From an uncultured Bacteroidota bacterium (lineage in GTDB: Bacteria > Bacteroidota > Ignavibacteria > Ignavibacteriales > Ignavibacteriaceae), in the NCBI GenBank assembly GCA_963783855.1, contig CAWAPE010000001.1:88985-152984 (forward strand): DNA of 64,000 bases, written 5' to 3'. Below the pieces are notes generated by a model. The model was given only the letters and a program-made list of their open reading frames with translations. It was not told the DNA's origin and ran no database searches. The position numbers were made by a program, and so were the translations under genes. Below are positions 47,876 to 57,321 of the stretch, in pieces (the stretch's first letter is position 1; each line of letters starts with the position of its first letter).

Positions 47876-50650
47876 TTACTTTAAATATTCCTTCAGGTAT
47901 TTGCCCGTCCAGGAATTCTTATTTTGTGCTATTTCTTCCGGCGTACCTGTAGCCACAATTTCCCCGCCTTTTTCACCTGCATCCGGTCCAAGATCAATTA
48001 TGTAATCCGCACATTTAATAATATCGAGATTATGCTCAATTATGACTATAGAATTATTTCTTTCGAGCAGCAGCCTGAAACAACTCAGCAATTTAGAAAT
48101 ATCATCAAAATGCAAACCGGTTGTAGGTTCATCAAATATAAAGAATGAGTGTTTTCTTTCGCGCTGTTTTGTTAAATGAGACGCAAGTTTAATCCTTTGT
48201 GCTTCACCGCCGGAAAGAGTATTTGATGGCTGACCAAGTTTTATATATCCAAGCCCAACATCAGCGAGCAAATTAATGTATCTCACTATTTTTTCTTCAT
48301 CCTTAAAGAAATCAACTGCCTCATCAACTGTCATATCAAGAACATTGACCAGGTTTTTTCCCCTGTATGTAATCTCACGAATTTCTTTTTTAAATCTCGT
48401 TCCGCCGCAATCATCACAAATCAGGTATAGGTCTGCAAGGAACTGCATTTCCACTTTTATAAATCCATCACCGGAACAGGTTTCACATCTTCCGCCGGGA
48501 ACATTAAATGAAAAATATCCCGGTTTATATCCCCGCGCCCGCGCCTGGTGAGTTGATGCAAACAACTCGCGGATTAATTCGTATGCTTTAATATAGCTTA
48601 TGGGATTTGAACGGGGAGTTTTTCCAATTGGTGATTGATCAACAATTTCTACATTATCAAGATAGGCAGATCCGGTGATCTCAATAACTTTTCCAACTTC
48701 AGAAATAGCCGCGCCCATTTTTTTTGATAATCCTGAATAAATTACATCATGGATTAAGGTGCTTTTACCCGATCCGCTAACTCCCGTGATTACTACAAAT
48801 TTGTTCAGCGGGATTGTAACATCTATATTTTTTAAATTATTTTCGCTCGCTCCCGTAATTACAATTTCTTTCGATTTGCTTTTGTCTCTTTCAGAAGGGA
48901 CAGGGATTTTCTTCTTTCCTGACAAATATTTTCCGGTGAGTGAATTCTTATTTTTCATTACTTCATCATAGGTTCCCATTGCAATAATTTCACCACCACC
49001 AATTCCGGCTTTTGGTCCCATATCAATAAGTATGTCAGCTTCTCTCATCATTTCGGGATCGTGTTCTACAACCAGTACTGTATTGCCGATATCGCGAAGG
49101 TTTTTCAAAATATTTATCAGGCGTGCATTATCTCTCGGATGTAAACCTATACTCGGTTCATCAAGAACGTATAATGTTCCTACTAATGAAGAACCCAGGG
49201 AAGTTGCAAGATTTATCCTTTGTGTTTCTCCCCCGGAAAGCGTGCTGCTTAATCTCTCCAGTGTTAAATAGCCAATCCCTACGTTGTCGAGAAAAGTCAG
49301 GCGCTTTATTATTTCCTTCAGCACTCTTTCCCCGACTTTCATATCATAATCTGAAAGCTCGAGTTTATTAAAAAATTCCAGAGAGTGTTCAATTGGCAGT
49401 TTTACAACATCATAAATTGATTTTCCGCCAACCAAAACCTGTAGGGCTTCTCTTCTTAAACGTGTACCTTTACAGGCTTTACAAAGAGTATAACCTCTGT
49501 ACCGGCTCAAAAGCACACGGACGTGCATTTTGTAGGTCTTTTTTTCCAGTTTTTCAAAAAACTTATCTATCCCGATATAATCCCCGAAACCTTTCATGAT
49601 AAGAGTAAGCTGTTCACTGGTAAGATCCTGAAACGGAATATTCAGCGGGAGATTAAAAGCCTTTGCATTTTGAACAAGGTCCCGCAAATGAGTGCTGTAT
49701 TTTGCGGAACGAAATGGCGCGATAGCTCCCTCCGAAATTGTCAGTTCGGGTTTGGGAACAACAAGATTCATATCGATTCCTACTGTCTTGCTAAATCCCT
49801 GGCAGACAGGGCAGGCACCAAAAGGATTATTGAATGAAAAAAATCTCGGCTCCGGTTCTTCATACCTTATACCACAGCATTCATAAAACTTGTTAAATTC
49901 TTTTTCTTCACCTGAATCAGCATTAATCAGGACGAGCCTGTTTTCCCCTTCTTTAAAAGTTACTTCGATTGAATCGGATAATTTTTCTCTTACTTTTCCT
50001 TTAGCAACTTTAAAACGTTCAACAATAACCCTTACACTTTTTTTCTTTTTAGGCAGAGAGTTTACTTCGTTCAGATCAATCATTTTGCCATTGTTGTAGA
50101 TTCTGAAGAAACCTCTTTTTTTGATAAGTTCAATCTCTTCTTTTAAAGTTCTGCCTTTGTGTTCGTGCAACGGGAATGTAAGATAAAATTTTGCTCCGTC
50201 TTCCTGTTGTTCCAGCCAGTTAGAAACAGAAGAAGTTGTATCTTTTTTAACTTCTTTTCCACACTGGAAACAAATTGTTTTTCCAACTCTTGCAAAAAGC
50301 AGGCGCAGGTAATCGTAAATTTCTGTGCTGGTTCCAACAGTGGAACGCGAATTTCTTGAGCCGGTTTTTTGTTCTATCGCCACAGCGGGACTTATTCCCT
50401 GGATATAATCAACGTCGGGCTTGTTCATTCTTTCTAGGAATTGGCGCGCATATGCTGAAAGACTTTCAACATACCTGCGTTGTCCTTCGGCATAAATTGT
50501 ATCGAAAACAAGAGATGATTTTCCGCTTCCGCTAACGCCGGTAAATACAACAAGCTTATTTCGCGGAATTTCGAAAGTAAGGTTTTTGAGATTGTGCTCT
50601 CTCGCACCGCGAATAACTATCTTTTTTTCTTTTTTATTCGTCGCAGCCAT
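47876..50650 (-). CDS. uvrA: Excinuclease ABC subunit A
   Basis: 924 aa; two ABC modules ([18 protein letters not shown]; LSGGE signatures) with CxxC zinc modules. Confidence 0.97.
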   Translation of the reverse strand: MAATNKKEKKIVIRGAREHNLKNLTFEIPRNKLVVFTGVSGSGKSSLVFDTIYAEGQRRYVESLSAYARQFLERMNKPDVDYIQGISPAVAIEQKTGSRNSRSTVGTSTEIYDYLRLLFARVGKTICFQCGKEVKKDTTSSVSNWLEQQEDGAKFYLTFPLHEHKGRTLKEEIELIKKRGFFRIYNNGKMIDLNEVNSLPKKKKSVRVIVERFKVAKGKVREKLSDSIEVTFKEGENRLVLINADSGEEKEFNKFYECCGIRYEEPEPRFFSFNNPFGACPVCQGFSKTVGIDMNLVVPKPELTISEGAIAPFRSAKYSTHLRDLVQNAKAFNLPLNIPFQDLTSEQLTLIMKGFGDYIGIDKFFEKLEKKTYKMHVRVLLSRYRGYTLCKACKGTRLRREALQVLVGGKSIYDVVKLPIEHSLEFFNKLELSDYDMKVGERVLKEIIKRLTFLDNVGIGYLTLERLSSTLSGGETQRINLATSLGSSLVGTLYVLDEPSIGLHPRDNARLINILKNLRDIGNTVLVVEHDPEMMREADILIDMGPKAGIGGGEIIAMGTYDEVMKNKNSLTGKYLSGKKKIPVPSERDKSKSKEIVITGASENNLKNIDVTIPLNKFVVITGVSGSGKSTLIHDVIYSGLSKKMGAAISEVGKVIEITGSAYLDNVEIVDQSPIGKTPRSNPISYIKAYELIRELFASTHQARARGYKPGYFSFNVPGGRCETCSGDGFIKVEMQFLADLYLICDDCGGTRFKKEIREITYRGKNLVNVLDMTVDEAVDFFKDEEKIVRYINLLADVGLGYIKLGQPSNTLSGGEAQRIKLASHLTKQRERKHSFFIFDEPTTGLHFDDISKLLSCFRLLLERNNSIVIIEHNLDIIKCADYIIDLGPDAGEKGGEIVATGTPEEIAQNKNSWTGKYLKEYLK

Positions 50651-50814
50651 TAAATTTTAAATACGAGTTTTGGGGGTTCAAATTAATCAAGTGTTTAATT
50701 TACAAAAAAAATTGAAACAAAAGAGGTAAAAACAGGTGTTATGATCCTGTCTTTTATCTTAGGAATGAATCAGCCGTAAGGTGTTAATTTTTAATAAATT
50801 ACAAGAAGATTTGG

Positions 50815-50938
50815 TAGTGTCCTAATTTCATTTATTGTCATCCCGAACTAGATTCGGGATCGGCTTTTATATAGATTCTGAAATAAATTCAGAATGACAA
50901 CCAGGTTCTTGTTTGCAAATGATGAAATCAGGACACTA
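50815..50938. repeat. Nested palindromic intergenic element, copy 2
   Basis: Outer 17-nt inverted repeat (50815-50831 / 50922-50938, 1 mismatch). It encloses TTGTCATCCCGAACTAGATTCGGGATC (50835-50861) and GATTCTGAAATAAATTCAGAATGACAA (50874-50900). Confidence 0.8.
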
Positions 50939-50948
50939 TAAGAAATTG

Positions 50949-51977
50949 TTATTTTTCACTCTGAAGACTTTTTAGTTCCTCAATTCTGTCATTAATTTCT
51001 TTCATCTTCAGTTTTAATTCATCCAGGCTTTTATTTATATCATCTTCATACTCAGCTTTATCCCAGTAGCCCCTGTTTTCAAAATAATTCTTGAACAGCC
51101 AGTTATGTTTTAAGGCTTCCATATTTTCTGCAAGGCGTGAAGCTGCCAGTCTTGCAGCTTCTGAAGTACTCTGGATATTCTGCATAGTAACCGAGAATGT
51201 TGAGTCGTATTTGCTTCCGTCAACCAGCATTTGCCCCAGCATACCTTTACCATGCTGAACGCCGGCCATAATAGTATCCAGCCTTACAATCGATCGGTTA
51301 ACATTATTAACTACGTCCTGTACACCTACTCCAAGTTTATCAAAGAGACCGGTTACTTTTTGTAATTCCTGGGTGATTCCTTTTAGACTAACATTAGCCT
51401 GCTCTGTAAGATCCGCAGCATTCTTATATAACCTATCGTCATTCAAAAGTTTACCTATTGAACCTTTACCGGTATTAACTTTTTCAGTTATTTCTGCCAG
51501 GCTTTTGGTCATATCTTTTGTGTATTTTATTACGCCCTGCGTCTCGGCAATTATTGCAGTAAATGTTGGCTGTTCTTCTGTCTGTATAATTCCGCCATCA
51601 CTCACTTCTTCGCTGGTGCTGCCTCCTATTTTCAAAACAACCACTTTATTCCCGACCAGTCCTTCTGTTTCTATTGAGGCCTTGGTATCAGTTCTGATAA
51701 ATCTATGAATATCCTGTGAAAGTGACATTTTAACCTGGACGCGTCCGGTAGTATCGGGAACAATCTGAATTGATTTTACACTTCCGACATCTATACCATT
51801 TAAACGCACAACCGCACCGTTTCTTAATCCCTGGACATTAGAGAAATAGGCACTAACATTGAAACTACTTCCAAAGATTGCACCTTTTTTTCCGACCATA
51901 AAAATTCCAACTGCAAAGAGTACAAAACCTAAAACAATAAATATCCCAAGTCTTACCGGGGCAGCGTTCTTTGCCAT
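50949..51977 (-). CDS. MlaD/MCE-domain protein of ABC lipid-transport system
   Basis: 342 aa; N-terminal TM, MCE domain, coiled-coil tail; in an operon with the ABC ATPase and permease. Confidence 0.8.
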   Translation of the reverse strand: MAKNAAPVRLGIFIVLGFVLFAVGIFMVGKKGAIFGSSFNVSAYFSNVQGLRNGAVVRLNGIDVGSVKSIQIVPDTTGRVQVKMSLSQDIHRFIRTDTKASIETEGLVGNKVVVLKIGGSTSEEVSDGGIIQTEEQPTFTAIIAETQGVIKYTKDMTKSLAEITEKVNTGKGSIGKLLNDDRLYKNAADLTEQANVSLKGITQELQKVTGLFDKLGVGVQDVVNNVNRSIVRLDTIMAGVQHGKGMLGQMLVDGSKYDSTFSVTMQNIQSTSEAARLAASRLAENMEALKHNWLFKNYFENRGYWDKAEYEDDINKSLDELKLKMKEINDRIEELKSLQSEK

Positions 51978-52738
51978 TATTTACTCCCTTTTTGTTCTTC
52001 AAAAAATTCCCTGTCGAAAAAATCGATAAGGAATTCATCGTCGGTAGCAGTTAGCTTATCTAAATCACCTTCGTATCTTATTTTGCCGTCTTTCAACACA
52101 ACAGCGTGGTCAGCAATTATATGTGCACAAATTAGATCGTGAGTAACTACTACTGCTGTAACATTTAAGTCTTCCTGCAGATCCACAATCAGGCGGCTGA
52201 TTTCTTTTGTTGTAATCGGATCAAGGCCTGTAGTTGGCTCGTCGTACAATATTAATTGTGGTTCAGTTATAATTGTCCTGGCAAGTCCAATCCTTTTTTT
52301 CATTCCACCCGAAAGTTCTGCGGGCATTTTATCAATCGCCTCAAGCAGGTCAACCTTTTCAAGAACTTTTATTATTTTTTCATTTATTTCATCCGCTGTA
52401 AAATCGAAATTCCTTATCAGCGGGAATTCCAGGTTCTCTCTAACTGTCATTGAATCGTAAAGTGCAGAACCCTGGAACAGGAAACCTATCTGTTTTCTAA
52501 TTTTATTTAATTCCTTTTCTTTCATCGATAATATATTATTACCATCAATAAAAATTTCACCCGCATCCGGAACCAGCAGCCCGACAATACATTTCAGAAG
52601 AACGCTTTTCCCGGTCCCGCTTCTGCCAAAAACCACAAAATTTTGTCCTTCTCTTATACTTAAAGAAACATCATCAAGAACGACGTGATCATCAAATGCT
52701 TTTGAAAGATTTTTTATATCTACTATCATATAGGCCAA
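51977..52738 (-). CDS. ABC transporter ATP-binding protein (MlaF-like)
   Basis: 253 aa; Walker A GRSGTGKS, signature LSGGMKKR, Walker B LILYDEP. Confidence 0.9.
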   Translation of the reverse strand: MAYMIVDIKNLSKAFDDHVVLDDVSLSIREGQNFVVFGRSGTGKSVLLKCIVGLLVPDAGEIFIDGNNILSMKEKELNKIRKQIGFLFQGSALYDSMTVRENLEFPLIRNFDFTADEINEKIIKVLEKVDLLEAIDKMPAELSGGMKKRIGLARTIITEPQLILYDEPTTGLDPITTKEISRLIVDLQEDLNVTAVVVTHDLICAHIIADHAVVLKDGKIRYEGDLDKLTATDDEFLIDFFDREFFEEQKGSK

Positions 52739-53538
52739 AAGAATAATGTAATTTTTACAAGTATCGTATCAAATACTAAAATCAAAAGTGAAGCCATCAC
52801 AACTGAGCTGGTAGAGGCTTTACCAACTCCAACAGTACCATTATCGGCAGTATAGCCCTTGTACGAACCAACCATACCAACAATAAATCCGAAAACAAAT
52901 GTCTTTGCAATTCCCGGCAGTACATCCGAAAACAGAAGTGAGGGAAGTAATGAATTCACGTATAGTTGAAAGTTCATATTCAGTAAAAGTGCTACTGCGA
53001 TATATCCGCCGAAAATGGCTATAAAATCCACAAACACGGTCAGCATCGGTAAAATGAATGTACAGGCCAGTACCCTGGTTACAACAAGAAACTTAAAAGG
53101 ATTTATTGCTGAAACTTCCATCGCGTCAATCTGCTCTGTAACTCTCATTGATCCAAGTTCAGCACCAATACCTGAACTAACCCGCCCTGCAAAAATAAGT
53201 GCCGTTAGAACAGGGCCAAGTTCCCTTGTTACAGAAAGGGCAACCATACTTGGTAAAAAAGATTCCGCCCCAAATCTTGCCATAATTGGCTGGCTCTGCA
53301 TAGCGAGCACAAAACCGATGATAAACCCGGTAACCCCCACAATCGGAAGAGTTTTTACTCCAAGTTCATCCATATGTTTTCTTATCTCGCTAAATTCATA
53401 AGGAGGCAAAAAAACATTTTTAAAAAACAGAACGGTAAAAGCAGCCATTCCCCCGACGGTTATAAAAAAATCAGTTAGTCTTAACTCAACCGTAGTGTAA
53501 TGCTTACTTTGTTTTATTTTGGATTTTAATTTTGACAA
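52726..53538 (-). CDS. ABC transporter permease (MlaE-like)
   Basis: 270 aa, multi-TM. A TTG start is needed to keep the conserved N-terminal region. Confidence 0.8.
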   Translation of the reverse strand: MSKLKSKIKQSKHYTTVELRLTDFFITVGGMAAFTVLFFKNVFLPPYEFSEIRKHMDELGVKTLPIVGVTGFIIGFVLAMQSQPIMARFGAESFLPSMVALSVTRELGPVLTALIFAGRVSSGIGAELGSMRVTEQIDAMEVSAINPFKFLVVTRVLACTFILPMLTVFVDFIAIFGGYIAVALLLNMNFQLYVNSLLPSLLFSDVLPGIAKTFVFGFIVGMVGSYKGYTADNGTVGVGKASTSSVVMASLLILVFDTILVKITLFFWPI

Positions 53539-53739
53539 GTTCTATAAATGTTTTTTGTAATTTTTATTATTACCGGACCGAAATAAAAAATGAAGTCCCC
53601 CGCCAAATGAAATATAATTTATTTCACACCTAAAATTAACTTTTTTAAGAAATATTATGCAAAAATTACCAATTTTAATTTTTAATAAACCGAATATTTG
53701 AATAATTTATGCATCATCGCCAAACCTAATGAGGATAAA

Positions 53740-54858
53740 ATGAAGAAAATTCAAAGAAGGGAGTTCTTAAAGTCTGCATCTGTTGCTGCAATAGCCGCCG
53801 GAAGCGGTGCCACATTTCTTGCGGGATGCAGTACAGAAGAAAAAGGAAAAAATGTTTCCATAAATACCGGCAAAACTTATGAATGGAAAATGGTCACAAC
53901 CTGGCCTCCTCATTTCCCTTTGCTTGGCGAGTATGCTGAGAAATTCGCCGAGTGGGTTGGCAAAATGTCTGACGGAAGACTAAAAATACACGTTTACGGC
54001 GGCGGCGAACTTGTACCTGCTCTTGAGACTTTTGATGCAGTTTCGCAGGGCGTTGCAGAAATGGGACACGGTGCGGCGTATTACTGGGCGGGCAAATCTC
54101 CTGCGGCACAGTTCTTTGGAAGTGTTCCGTTTGGAATGAACGCACAGGAAATAAATTCATGGTTTTATGAAGGCGATGGAATAAAATTGTGGCAGGAACT
54201 TTACGCACCTTACGGATTAGTACCAATGCCCTGCGGAAACACAGGAGCACAAATGGGAGGCTGGTACAACAAAGAAATTAATTCTGTCTCTGATTTAAAA
54301 GGATTAAAAATAAGAATGCCCGGACTGGGAGGCAAAGTGATCTCAAAAGCCGGTGCAACTTCAATACTTTCACCTGCCGGAGAACTTTACACAGATCTTG
54401 AACGGGGTGTGATTGATGCCCTCGAGTGGGTTGGCCCTTACCACGATTACCTGATGGGATTCAATAAAATTGCAAAGTACTATTATTACCCCGGATGGCA
54501 CGAGCCTGGCTCTGTACTGGAATTAATAATTAATAAAAGCGCCTATGATGAACTACCGGATGATTTAAAAGAAATAATTAAAACTGCAGCGGCGGCTTCA
54601 AATGTTATGATGCTTTCCGGTTTTGAAGCAAAAAACACTGAATATTATTTTAAAATGAAATCGGAGGGCGTGCAGTTCAGGAAATTTCCGGACGAAGTAA
54701 TGGACGTATTTAAAAAGACGACGAAAGAAGTTATTACAGACATTATCAATTCAGATCCGAAGAGTAAAAAGATTTTTGATTCTTACAGCAAATTCCAGAA
54801 AACTATTTCTCAGTGGAGTGATATAGCTGAAAGAAATTACCCGGGCGCATTCAGCTGA
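53740..54858 (+). CDS. TRAP transporter substrate-binding protein (DctP family) with Tat signal
   Basis: Track ORF starts at 53698; ATG 53740 follows GAGGA. The signal MKKIQRREFLKSASVAAIAAG is twin-arginine type. Confidence 0.85.
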   Translation: MKKIQRREFLKSASVAAIAAGSGATFLAGCSTEEKGKNVSINTGKTYEWKMVTTWPPHFPLLGEYAEKFAEWVGKMSDGRLKIHVYGGGELVPALETFDAVSQGVAEMGHGAAYYWAGKSPAAQFFGSVPFGMNAQEINSWFYEGDGIKLWQELYAPYGLVPMPCGNTGAQMGGWYNKEINSVSDLKGLKIRMPGLGGKVISKAGATSILSPAGELYTDLERGVIDALEWVGPYHDYLMGFNKIAKYYYYPGWHEPGSVLELIINKSAYDELPDDLKEIIKTAAAASNVMMLSGFEAKNTEYYFKMKSEGVQFRKFPDEVMDVFKKTTKEVITDIINSDPKSKKIFDSYSKFQKTISQWSDIAERNYPGAFS

Positions 54859-55687
54859 AATTGATTTTCATTAAGTCCGGGTAGTTAAATTCGTAGTTTA
54901 AAAGTCTTTTAACTTTTTGGTTGCTGATGATTTTATATTGTTCAACTGGAGACTCTTCAAAGTTTGGAACCGCGGCACCAATGTTTTTTGCGGCCTGAGT
55001 GTAAAAGTCCCTTTTTGTGGGATGAGTATCCGCACAGCAATTAAAGACATCGCCCCATACTGATTGTTTGATAATTTGATCAATTATTTGTACACAATCA
55101 TCAAGATGAATCATATTTATATTTGCTTCCGGGTTCGCAACCGGCCTTCCATTTGCAAAAAACTTGCCGGGATTCCTGCTATAACCAATTAAACCTCCGA
55201 ACCTGACTATAGTGGTTCTGAATTTCCCGCTGTCACGCAGCAGGTTCTCAATTATGAATAATGGACTTGTTGAAGATTCTTCACCATCATCTTCATAAAT
55301 AATTTTGTTATTGTCTTCATAAATAGAAGTGGACCCGACAAATATTACTTTTTCTATCCCTGATTTTTCTATTTCCTTTACCAGGCTTTTGAATCCATTT
55401 ATGTTCTTCGATGGAATGCTAATTATTAAAATATCTGATTGAAGAAAAGCGTAAATATTACCCGGCAACTTTTCAAGTTCGATAATGTACGGCTCTATTT
55501 TTTGTTCCGATAATTCGGGCAGACGATTTTCCGATGTCGTTGATGCTTTAACATGATAACCCCTGTTAATAAAATTTACTGCCAGGGGAAGTCCCAGCCA
55601 TCCACATCCTAATATGCTGATTGTATTAATCTTTATGCCTCTTTTTAAAATATGAAAGTTTACATTCTTCCGGGTAAACCAGCACAA
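54851..55687 (-). CDS. NAD(P)-binding Rossmann-fold oxidoreductase/epimerase-like protein
   Basis: 278 aa; ISILGCGWLGLPLA glycine-rich loop. The start codon is uncertain because the Rossmann strand begins about 20 codons in. Confidence 0.6.
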   Translation of the reverse strand: MCWFTRKNVNFHILKRGIKINTISILGCGWLGLPLAVNFINRGYHVKASTTSENRLPELSEQKIEPYIIELEKLPGNIYAFLQSDILIISIPSKNINGFKSLVKEIEKSGIEKVIFVGSTSIYEDNNKIIYEDDGEESSTSPLFIIENLLRDSGKFRTTIVRFGGLIGYSRNPGKFFANGRPVANPEANINMIHLDDCVQIIDQIIKQSVWGDVFNCCADTHPTKRDFYTQAAKNIGAAVPNFEESPVEQYKIISNQKVKRLLNYEFNYPDLMKINFS

Positions 55688-55815
55688 TGAATTTACCGGT
55701 CATTTAGTTCTTTTCTGTCCATAATCTTTCCCATACATTTTTCAATCCTTGATATCCTGGTTTTGGATTGTTCAAGTAAAGGGGGTCTCCTTTTTGCCGT
55801 CCCGGCGTGAGAGCG

Positions 55816-56052
55816 TCAAATGCTTTTTTCAGGGGAAAAAGGATCCATTGTTCTCGCGGCAGGACTACCGGTTGTATCTAATGTAATAAGAGTACAATAC
55901 GATGTTGCTTCGATCATATTCTTTGCTGCGGTTAAAAGGGTGTCCCGGTTAAATTGTGTATTTATATTTTCCTGAGCAATAACTGTAATAGGTAATTGAA
56001 GGGTTAGGAATAAGTACAAAGCTGTTTTAAATTGATTAAATCTGGTTTCCAT
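55816..56052 (-). CDS. Hypothetical; probable truncated pyridoxamine-5'-phosphate-oxidase-like gene fragment
   Basis: 78 aa: signal-like N-terminus, then ATSYCTLITLDTTGSPAARTMDPFSPE, which resembles the first strands of PNPOx-fold proteins. It then stops, leaving 128 nt of non-coding DNA. Confidence 0.35.
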   Translation of the reverse strand: METRFNQFKTALYLFLTLQLPITVIAQENINTQFNRDTLLTAAKNMIEATSYCTLITLDTTGSPAARTMDPFSPEKSI

Positions 56053-56214
56053 TTAATTTTACCTCATACTAATTTATTAATGTATAGCTGTACTGCACCT
56101 GCCTATATTTAGTGAGGCTGTCGCGGATGACAAATACCCCGCTTTGCGGAAACGGACTTTTGATTTACTGGTTCAGTAGTTTCTATTCAATTTAGAAAAA
56201 TTGAATTTCATTTT

Positions 56215-56793
56215 TTATAAAACCACCGGAATAAGCATTCTTGTACTCTTTTGATATTTTGCGTATTGGTCACCAAAATGTTCAGTTAACCATTGTTCTT
56301 CTTTTTTAGATTTGAAATAAAAGGAGGCAAAAACAATTGCAACTGCAATAAGCCCTCTCCAATCTCCAACCATAATAGCATTTCCTAAAAACAATAATGT
56401 AAACCCACTATAAATCGGATGACGAACTTTGCTATAAGGACCTTTTTGAATAAGTTCGTGATCTTGTTTTAGTTGAATTGCCAGACTCCAATTTTTGCCA
56501 AGAAGCAGCCTTGACCAAATAGAAATTAATGCCCCCCAAATGCAAATTGATAGCCCAACCGATTCAACTAAATATGAATGTGGAACAAATTGTTCACGGA
56601 TTATATTATGATCAAACCATTCGCCGGGACCAAGTAAAAGTGCTCCAATTACTAATGGGAGCCAGTATTGAATGGCTCGTTTTAATATTGATTCAATTTT
56701 TGCGGATGATTTAATTTTACGTGAGCTCCATACCCAGTAAATTAAAACTACAGCCCAAACAACTTTGATTGCTATACTAAACTCATGAGACAT
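56215..56793 (-). CDS. ICMT/PEMT-like membrane methyltransferase (second paralogue in window)
   Basis: 192 aa, multi-TM; GPYSKVRHPIYSG motif; RBS GGAAGG before the ATG. Confidence 0.7.
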   Translation of the reverse strand: MSHEFSIAIKVVWAVVLIYWVWSSRKIKSSAKIESILKRAIQYWLPLVIGALLLGPGEWFDHNIIREQFVPHSYLVESVGLSICIWGALISIWSRLLLGKNWSLAIQLKQDHELIQKGPYSKVRHPIYSGFTLLFLGNAIMVGDWRGLIAVAIVFASFYFKSKKEEQWLTEHFGDQYAKYQKSTRMLIPVVL

Positions 56794-56882
56794 AATCCTT
56801 CCTTTTTTATTACCCCGTTAACGGACTTGTAAATACCCCGCCTGACTACCGGAGACAGGACCACCAAAAAAAAATTATACGG

Positions 56883-56928
56883 GCTGCCGCAGCTTGTCCC
56901 GATAGTTCGGGAAACAATTACATGACAG
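56883..56928. repeat. 46-nt intergenic repeat, copy A
   Basis: GCTGCCGCAGCTTGTCCCGATAGTTCGGGAAACAATTACATGACAG. 41 of 46 positions match copy B in my manual alignment. Contains the hairpin CCCGA-tagt-TCGGG. Confidence 0.8.
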
Positions 56929-56937
56929 TTTTTTTTA

Positions 56938-57114
56938 TTATTTCCAGAAACTAAATGCATTCCCACCTTTGAATAGTAAACCTAAACCTATACCCAGAAC
57001 CATACCAGTGGCTATTGTGGCAATTTTTGAAATATCCGGGAAAAGAAGCAAAATGAGTATTGCTGTAATTATGAGTACAACACCAATAAGTCTGTATTTT
57101 CTATCTTTACTCAT
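56938..57114 (-). CDS. Small hydrophobic membrane protein (58 aa), not in ORF track
   Basis: My translation: MSKDRKYRLIGVVLIITAILILLLFPDISKIATIATGMVLGIGLGLLFKGGNAFSFWK. GAAAGG lies before the ATG. Two predicted TM helices. Confidence 0.45.
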   Translation of the reverse strand: MSKDRKYRLIGVVLIITAILILLLFPDISKIATIATGMVLGIGLGLLFKGGNAFSFWK

Positions 57115-57193
57115 ACCTTTCTTCTATTTTTTTTATTTGAATACTAAGAGATAGTTGAACATAATCTTAAACACCCAACTGCCCGCTATCTGA

Positions 57194-57239
57194 GCTGCCG
57201 CAGCTTGTCCCGATATTTCGGGAGACGATTCCGTGACAG
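57194..57239. repeat. 46-nt intergenic repeat, copy B
   Basis: GCTGCCGCAGCTTGTCCCGATATTTCGGGAGACGATTCCGTGACAG, lying after the stop of the GIY-YIG gene. Confidence 0.8.
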
Positions 57240-57321
57240 CTCTTTTTTATTATTTATTCCAGCCACGGTTCGACCATTACTGGTCAGGAAAAGCTTTCGG
57301 CTTGAGGCACTGGATATACAT

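Noticed and set aside
57255-57290. GGTTCGACC, a tRNA T-arm-like string.
   Set aside because: No acceptor, anticodon or D-arm pairing could be built around it.
56794-57321. The 46-nt repeats might be integron attC sites, making this a cassette array.
   Set aside because: I could not find the RYYYAAC / GTTRRRY core pairs in the right geometry. The one GTTGGGT near 57175 has no matching inverse core. No intI integrase is present in the window.
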